Below are positions 58,149 through 64,000 of a stretch of DNA of 64,000 bases, piece by piece; within the stretch, counting starts at the first letter, position 1, and every line of letters starts with the position of its first letter. Source of the DNA: Candidatus Krumholzibacteriia bacterium (GTDB taxonomy: Bacteria > Krumholzibacteriota > Krumholzibacteriia > JAJRXK01); the NCBI GenBank assembly GCA_041484665.1, contig JBGPIA010000001.1:544001-608000 (forward strand). Reading direction: 5' to 3'. The notes beneath the pieces were generated by a model. That model searched no databases and was not told where the DNA came from. It saw nothing but the letters and a program-made list of their open reading frames with translations. Both the position numbers and the translations under genes were made by a program.

Positions 58149-58709
58149 ATGAGCCAGGATCCAGCCAAGATCCCCATTCAGGCGCAGGGAACCCCCAACC
58201 CGCGCAGTGTAAAGTTCATCACCGATCGCACCCTGTTGCCCAAGGGCAGCGCCGACTTCCGCGATCCCGAGAGCGCCAAGCGGTCGCCGCTGGCGCGACG
58301 GCTGCTCGACATCGACGGGGTGACCGGAATCTTCCTCTGCCAGAACTTCGTCACGGTGACGGCGGGCGACCAGGACGACTGGCAGGAGCTGGCGCCGCGG
58401 GTCGCCACTGCGCTGCGGGAGTTCCTCGCGGCCGGCGAGCCGGCGCTCGAGGGCGAGCTCGACGCGCATGGCGCCGGCGAAACCGAAGCCGAGAAGCGCA
58501 TCAAGGACATCCTGGACCAGCAGATCCGTCCGGCCGTGGCGATGGACGGTGGCGATGTGATCTTCGTGGACTACCGAGGCGGTGTGGTTTACCTGCGCAT
58601 GCAGGGCGCCTGCGGCGGTTGTCCTAGCTCCAGCGCGACGCTCAAGGCAGGGATCGAGGCGCGCCTGCGCCACTACCTCCCCGAGATCATGGCCGTCGAG
58701 GCGGTCTAG
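58149..58709 (+). CDS. Nfu-type Fe-S cluster carrier (Nfu_N + NifU-C domains)
   Basis: TPNP..KF, IRPAVAMDGGD, GACGGCPSS and a GGAGG RBS. Confidence 0.95.
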   Translation: MSQDPAKIPIQAQGTPNPRSVKFITDRTLLPKGSADFRDPESAKRSPLARRLLDIDGVTGIFLCQNFVTVTAGDQDDWQELAPRVATALREFLAAGEPALEGELDAHGAGETEAEKRIKDILDQQIRPAVAMDGGDVIFVDYRGGVVYLRMQGACGGCPSSSATLKAGIEARLRHYLPEIMAVEAV

Positions 58710-58930
58710 GCGCTCACGGGCGATCGACGCGGCCGCGCGGCCGCCGGGCCCCCCGAGGCTCGCCCGTGCATTCAGGAAGGCCGCCCGCACCCTTTTGCCT
58801 TCCCCCCCCGATTGCGTCATCGCCGCGGACCACCGCGGGCGGTGGTCAGGGCGTTGCAGGTCCTTTCCCGTGCTGCCGTCAGGGGCTGCGTTGCACCCCC
58901 GCCCGGTGACGGGACCCCGCCAAGGCCGCG

Positions 58931-58946
58931 CGGCACCGGGCATGCA
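58931..58946 (+). promoter_or_regulatory. Candidate sigma54 promoter of the pilin
   Basis: CGGCAC-N5-ATGCA with exact GG-N10-GC spacing. Confidence 0.5.
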
Positions 58947-58992
58947 TGATGCGCCAGGCGTGGGGGTTGGTTCGGCCTCGGGAGGTCCGACC

Positions 58993-59385
58993 ATGTCTGC
59001 CGCTTCGCGCGGTGAGCGTGGATTCACGCTCATCGAGTTGATGATCGTCACGGTGATCCTCGGGCTTCTGCTCACGATCGCGATTCCCAATTTCAACCGC
59101 ATTCGCCAGCGGGCCTACGAAGCTACGATGAAGAGCGACCTGCACGCAGCCTTCATCTGCATCGAGGATTACCGTGTGCAGAACGCCCTGAACCTCCCGC
59201 CGACCTCGGCGGCGCTGGAGGCGACCACCGACATGCAGCTCTCCCCGCACGTACTGTGGGATCGATTCGCGCCGGGTCAGCGCAACGGCATTCCGTCGGT
59301 GGACATCACGCTGGCCCACGAACGCACGACGTCCAAGTGGGGCAGCTGGTATCCGTCCGACCCCACCTTCATCGAAGCCCGCTAG
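58993..59385 (+). CDS. Type IV pilin / pseudopilin
   Basis: Prepilin cleavage motif G|FTLIELM, hydrophobic helix, IAIPNF and a GGAGGT RBS. Confidence 0.93.
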   Translation: MSAASRGERGFTLIELMIVTVILGLLLTIAIPNFNRIRQRAYEATMKSDLHAAFICIEDYRVQNALNLPPTSAALEATTDMQLSPHVLWDRFAPGQRNGIPSVDITLAHERTTSKWGSWYPSDPTFIEAR

Positions 59386-59583
59386 GGCGTTCGCCCGCGC
59401 TGGGCGCCGGGATCCGCAGCTTGGCCCGCCGCGCCGGATGGAGCGGCGGGCTTTGCGTTCGCCCGCGGGCCACGCCAGAACCACGACCGCCGCCATCGCC
59501 CTGGCCCGCGCGGGCCGTCTCGGCTATCGTCTGCCCTCGCCCCATGGGGCCACCGCTGTAAGTCGGCCACCCTTCCGCGGACC

Positions 59584-61713
59584 ATGCCCAGACTCCCCAC
59601 CCGCACCGAGATGGTCACCGAGACGCTCCACGGCGTCGAGATCGTGGATCCGTACCGCTGGCTGGAGGACGGAGATTCCCCGGAGGTACATGCGTGGGTC
59701 GCCACGCAGAACTCGGCCACGGTCGCGGCGCTGGAGTCCTTGCCGGCACGGCCAGCGATCCATGCCCGCCTCAGCGAGCTGCTGCGCATCGGGATGCTCT
59801 CCACCCCGGTGCCCCGCGGCCAATGGCTCTTCTACGAGCGTCGCGACGGCGAGCAGGACCAGCCCGTGCTGTACGTGCGTCGGGTGGACGACGCGCGGGG
59901 CGCGGCGAGGGGGCCCGGCGCGGTAGGTGGCCCGGGTGCGGCCGAGCGCGTGCTCATCGACACCAATGCGTTGGACCCCTCGGGTACCACTGCGCTGGAT
60001 TGGTGGATCCCGTCCTTGGACGGCAACCTGCTGGCCTACGGCCTGAGCGAAGGTGGAAGCGAGCGCTCTGTCCTGCGCGTCCGCGACGTGGAGAGCGGCC
60101 GGGATCATTCCGATGTCATCCCACACTGCCGCGCCGCCTCGATCGCCTGGGAGCCGGGCGGCGCTGGCTTCTACTACACGCGCTATCCGGCGCCTGGCGA
60201 GGTGCCCGCCGGCGAGGAGAACTATCGGCGGCGCGTGTTCCACCACCGCCTCGGCCGGCCCTGGCCACAGGACCCGCTGGTGTTCGGGGCGGAGCTCGAC
60301 CCCCACCACTGGCCCATGGTCCAACTTTCCTCCGATGGCCGGTGGCTGCTCTGCACGGTGCAGAAGGGCTGGACGTCGACCGAGCTGTATCTGCGGGATC
60401 TGCGCGATCCGCGCGGAGCGTTCGAGCAGCTGGCGGCAGGCGTGGAGGCGATCTTCGCGGGCGATCTCTACCGCGACTGCCTCTATGTCACGACCAACTG
60501 GGACGCGCCCCGCTTCCGGGCGCTGCGCGCCGACCTGGACGCCCCCCAGCGTGCCGCGCTGGCGAGCTGGACGGAGCTGCTCCCCGAGGGCGACGGGGTG
60601 CTGCAGGGCGCGCTGGTGATCGGCGGTCGGCTGTTCGCCGTCTACCTGGAGCACGCCCACTCCCGGGTGCGCGCCTTCGAGCTCGACGGGCGTCCGCTGC
60701 CGGCGGTCGACCTGCCGGCGCTGGGCACGATCGAAGGCCCCGCTGGAGAGGAGGACGGCGACGCGGCCTGGTTCCTCTATTCGAGCTTCTTCGTTCCCCC
60801 CACCGTGTATCGCCTCGATCTGGAGACCTGGCGCAGCGCGGAGCGCGAACGCATCCGCGCAGATGTGGATCCGGCCCGCTACGAAAGCCGCCAGGTGTGG
60901 TACGAGAGCAAGGACGGCACGCGCGTGTCGATGTTCCTCACCCACCGGCGTGGGCTGCGGACCGACGGCGACAACCCCACGTTGCTGTACGGTTACGGGG
61001 GATTCAGCGTGCCGCTGACGCCGGCCTTCCAGCGCAACACGTTCCTGTGGCTGGAGAGCGGCGGCGTGCTGGCGGTGCCCAATCTGCGCGGCGGCGGCGA
61101 ATACGGCGAGGGCTGGCACGAGGCCGGCATGCTCGAGCACAAGCAGAACAGCTTCGACGATTTCCTGGCGGCGGCCCGCTGGCTCATCGACCAACGGATC
61201 ACACGCCCGCAGCGCCTGGGGATCATGGGCGGAAGCAACGGAGGATTGCTGGTGGGCGCGGCGCTCACGCAGGCGCCCGAGCTGTTCGCCGCCGCCGTAT
61301 GCCAGGTTCCGTTGCTGGACATGCTGCGCTACCCCCGCTTCCTGCTCGGGCGGCTGTGGATCCCCGAATACGGCGATCCCGACGATCCCGAGCAGTTCCG
61401 GTGGCTGCTGGCGTACTCCCCCTACCACCGCGTGCGCGAAGGAGCGACGTACCCGGCGACGCTCATCATGACCAGCGAGGAGGACACGCGCGTGGACCCC
61501 ATGCACGCGCGGAAGATGGCCGCGCGGCTCCAGGCGTCCACGCCCGGGGAGGAGCCGATCCTGCTGCGCATCGAGAGCCGCGCCGGGCACGGGGCGGGCA
61601 AGCCCATCTCCAAGACGCTCGCTGAATACACCGACATCTGGAGCTTCCTGTTCTGGCGCCTGCGGCTCTCACCGCCGGCGGCACCGGGGCGCGAAGCGGG
61701 AACGGAAGTGTGA
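59584..61713 (+). CDS. Prolyl oligopeptidase (S9A)
   Basis: DPYRWLED, YGYGGF, GGSNGG, DTRV and AGHG motifs. Confidence 0.96.
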   Translation: MPRLPTRTEMVTETLHGVEIVDPYRWLEDGDSPEVHAWVATQNSATVAALESLPARPAIHARLSELLRIGMLSTPVPRGQWLFYERRDGEQDQPVLYVRRVDDARGAARGPGAVGGPGAAERVLIDTNALDPSGTTALDWWIPSLDGNLLAYGLSEGGSERSVLRVRDVESGRDHSDVIPHCRAASIAWEPGGAGFYYTRYPAPGEVPAGEENYRRRVFHHRLGRPWPQDPLVFGAELDPHHWPMVQLSSDGRWLLCTVQKGWTSTELYLRDLRDPRGAFEQLAAGVEAIFAGDLYRDCLYVTTNWDAPRFRALRADLDAPQRAALASWTELLPEGDGVLQGALVIGGRLFAVYLEHAHSRVRAFELDGRPLPAVDLPALGTIEGPAGEEDGDAAWFLYSSFFVPPTVYRLDLETWRSAERERIRADVDPARYESRQVWYESKDGTRVSMFLTHRRGLRTDGDNPTLLYGYGGFSVPLTPAFQRNTFLWLESGGVLAVPNLRGGGEYGEGWHEAGMLEHKQNSFDDFLAAARWLIDQRITRPQRLGIMGGSNGGLLVGAALTQAPELFAAAVCQVPLLDMLRYPRFLLGRLWIPEYGDPDDPEQFRWLLAYSPYHRVREGATYPATLIMTSEEDTRVDPMHARKMAARLQASTPGEEPILLRIESRAGHGAGKPISKTLAEYTDIWSFLFWRLRLSPPAAPGREAGTEV

Positions 61714-62573
61714 TGCGCCAGACCAGCGGAGCGATCGTCTGCTCGAGCTGCGGCCGGCTGGTCGACGTCAACGAGTCCCGCTGCCCCTACTGCGGGCAAT
61801 GGCGTCCGGGGATGTTCGGCTTCTCCACTTTCCTGCAGCAGAGACTCGGGGACATCGACGTCACCACCGCGATCTCCGGCTTCTGCATCGTGCTGTACGT
61901 CCTGGGGCTGCTGCTGGACCCGCGTGGGCTCCTGCACATCCGCGGGCTGTTCTCGCTGCTGTCGCCCACGGTCCGGTCGCTGGTGCTGCTGGGCATGACG
62001 GGCGACGTGGTCGGCCGCGGCGGCGCGCAGGGCGACTTCTGGCTGCAGCTGCGGGCGTGGACCTCGGTCGTGTCGGCGATCTTCCTGCACGGCGGCCTGC
62101 TCCACATCTTCTTCAACCTGATGTGGATCCGACAGCTCGGCCCGTTCGTCGAAGAGTCATACGGAAGCGCGCGGGCGTTCCTGATCTTCGTGGTATCGGG
62201 AGCCGGTGGATTCGTCTTGTCCAACCTGGTGAGCGGTACGCCGACCGTGGGCGCGTCGGGATCGATCTTCGGACTGCTCGCCGCCACTGTGGCCTACGGG
62301 CGGCGGCGCGGCGGCTCCATCGGCGCGGCGGTGAGCCAGCAGGCCTTGATGTGGGCTGTGATGGTGTTCGCAATGGGTTTCCTCATGCCGGCGGTGAACA
62401 ACTGGGCGCACGGGGGCGGGTTCGCCGGTGGCTACCTCGTCTCGTTGGCCCTACTCCCCCATGTCCACCGCGCCGAGAGCCCGCGTATGCGCCTGACGGC
62501 GCTGCTCTTGGCGCTCTTGTGCGTCGCCTCGATCCTGGTGTCGGTGGTGACGATCTTCACGCGCATGATCTAG
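61710..62573 (+). CDS. Rhomboid intramembrane protease with an N-terminal zinc ribbon
   Basis: CSSC..CPYC, FLHGGLLHIFFN, GASG and AHGGG motifs. Confidence 0.93.
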   Translation: MMRQTSGAIVCSSCGRLVDVNESRCPYCGQWRPGMFGFSTFLQQRLGDIDVTTAISGFCIVLYVLGLLLDPRGLLHIRGLFSLLSPTVRSLVLLGMTGDVVGRGGAQGDFWLQLRAWTSVVSAIFLHGGLLHIFFNLMWIRQLGPFVEESYGSARAFLIFVVSGAGGFVLSNLVSGTPTVGASGSIFGLLAATVAYGRRRGGSIGAAVSQQALMWAVMVFAMGFLMPAVNNWAHGGGFAGGYLVSLALLPHVHRAESPRMRLTALLLALLCVASILVSVVTIFTRMI

Positions 62574-62715
62574 CTTCACATCAGGAGAGCGCGCAGCGCG
62601 ACCGCGGGCGGGCGCATGACGCAGTGCACCCAAGACGAAGCGGGCCCGACTTTGGCCGGACCCGCTGCGACCCACCGCAATGGCCACCGGGCGGGCGCGC
62701 CGTGCGCGCCGTCAC

Positions 62716-63315
62716 TCAGCTCGCCTTCTTCTGGACGGCTTCGACCTCGATGTCGATGGTCACGTCGTCGCCCAGCAGCATCCCGCCGTTGTCGAGCGCC
62801 TTGTTCCAGAGCAGGCCGAAGTCCTTGCGGTTGATCTTCAGGCTCCCTGCGAAGCCGGCGCGGGTGTTTCCCCAGGGGTCCTTCCCCGAGCCGCGATACT
62901 CGAAGGGGATCGTCACGGACTTGGTGACCCCGTGGATGCTGAGGTCTCCGGTGAGCTCCATGCCGTCCTTGGTCTTCTTGACAGCAGTGGTCTTGAACGT
63001 GAGCGTCGGGAATTTCTCCACGTCGAAGAAGTCGGGGCTGCGCAGGTGCTTGTCGCGATCGTCGTTGGCCGTGCTGATGCTCGCGGCCTGGATCGTGATG
63101 TCGGCCGCGCCCTTCTCGAGATCCGCGGGATCAAATTCCATCGTGCCGGACCACTGGTTGAACTTGCCCGTGCTATTGGAGAAGAGGTGCCGGACCTTGA
63201 AGGTCAGCACGGAGTGCACCGTGTCGATGTTCCAGGTGGCGGCAGCCGGGGTGGAAGCCATCGCAAGAGCGACGGCGATCCCCAGTGCGATGGGTGTGAC
63301 GAACTTTCGCATCAT
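62716..63315 (-). CDS. YceI-family protein
   Basis: WNIDTVHS, RDKHLRSPDFF, DPWGN and RKDFG motifs plus a signal peptide. Confidence 0.95.
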   Translation of the reverse strand: MMRKFVTPIALGIAVALAMASTPAAATWNIDTVHSVLTFKVRHLFSNSTGKFNQWSGTMEFDPADLEKGAADITIQAASISTANDDRDKHLRSPDFFDVEKFPTLTFKTTAVKKTKDGMELTGDLSIHGVTKSVTIPFEYRGSGKDPWGNTRAGFAGSLKINRKDFGLLWNKALDNGGMLLGDDVTIDIEVEAVQKKAS

Positions 63316-63507
63316 TACTCCGTCCTTGGGTCGAGGTCATGGTCGGGAACAGCAGTCTGCTCACGACGCGCACCCGACAGTCGACGAGCAGGTGCGCCTG
63401 GTTGACGCGATAGCATAGGCTGGGATGCCCGATTTCGCATCCCCCGCCGCTCGAGCGTGCCGGCGATGCTCGTCGCGTTGGCGCTGGACCGGGCTGCGGG
63501 GCGCCAG

Positions 63508-63603
63508 CCAGGACGACACTCTGGAAGGTGGCCGGGACAACACCCCGGACAGCGCCGAGGCGACCTGCCGGATGACCACGCGGACGACAGCCCGGACAGC
63601 GCC
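63508..63603. repeat. Degenerate approximately 12-bp tandem repeat
   Basis: About eight CCGGACGACAGC-like units. Confidence 0.5.
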
Positions 63604-63740
63604 GGAGCGGTTGCCACCCCCGCAGCGGCTGCAGCACGCGAACCGCGCTGGATGCGCCGCGCGCGAAGCGTTAGACTGGCCCGCCGTCCCCCCACCAGCG
63701 ACCGACGCAGCCCGTCGCAGGCCCGACAAGAGGATCCACC

Positions 63741-64000
63741 ATGTTTTGCAAGTCTGTGAAAAGTGCCCCGTGCTCACCCCGCTCTCCTATTCGCAGCGCC
63801 GGCCCTGCGACGGCGGCGATCGCCGTCGCGGCGCTTTGGAGCGTAGTCGGCAGCGGAATCGGCGATGTGGTCTTCGCCGCGCACGCGACCGCCGCGCCCG
63901 CAACGGAGGGCGATACCACGCGAGCCGCCGGGGCTTCCACCCCGCAGCAGGAGGCGGACGCCTTCCTGCACCTCTACTCCTCGGTATTCCAGCGGCTGTT
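63741..64000 (+). CDS. Partial secreted protein (5' end), possibly an M2-family metallopeptidase
   Basis: Open frame from ATG 63741 after AGAGGA to the window edge. Signal-like segment followed by QQEADAFLHLYSSVFQRL. The family call is tentative. Confidence 0.55.
   Translation, partial: MFCKSVKSAPCSPRSPIRSAGPATAAIAVAALWSVVGSGIGDVVFAAHATAAPATEGDTTRAAGASTPQQEADAFLHLYSSVFQRL

Overview
This is a very GC-rich bacterial chromosomal segment with about 50 protein-coding genes. I found no rRNA, tRNA, CRISPR array or recognisable mobile element. In order it carries: P5C dehydrogenase; an operon of four tandem NHL-repeat lipoproteins; TerC and a KimA-like transporter; a TetR-controlled HlyD/ABC/TolC efflux operon; a secreted nuclease-M14-S9 peptidase run; fumC; a K+ channel; a Tat-exported Ntn asparaginase; an AhpD-like + ArsS-like radical SAM pair; an apparently exported TPR-CHAT protease followed by an FG-GAP protein; an M16 peptidase; thiD; Rrf2 with a sulfate ABC transporter; a short asparaginase, RtcB and archease; two paralogous secreted proteins ending in a WGxxKxxY tail; carbamate kinase; AmrS; RecD2; Nfu; a type IV pilin; prolyl oligopeptidase; rhomboid; YceI; and a partial secreted gene at the right edge. 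The PNPFNP/FlgD-Ig tails and WGxxKxxY tails suggest, by inference only, a diderm lineage like Latescibacterota, Krumholzibacteriota or Eisenbacteria. The best leads are the candidate C-terminal sorting tail, the exported CHAT protease with its partner, the NHL lipoprotein quartet, and several intergenic repeat or operator arrays. All calls come from motif recognition by eye; no searches were run.
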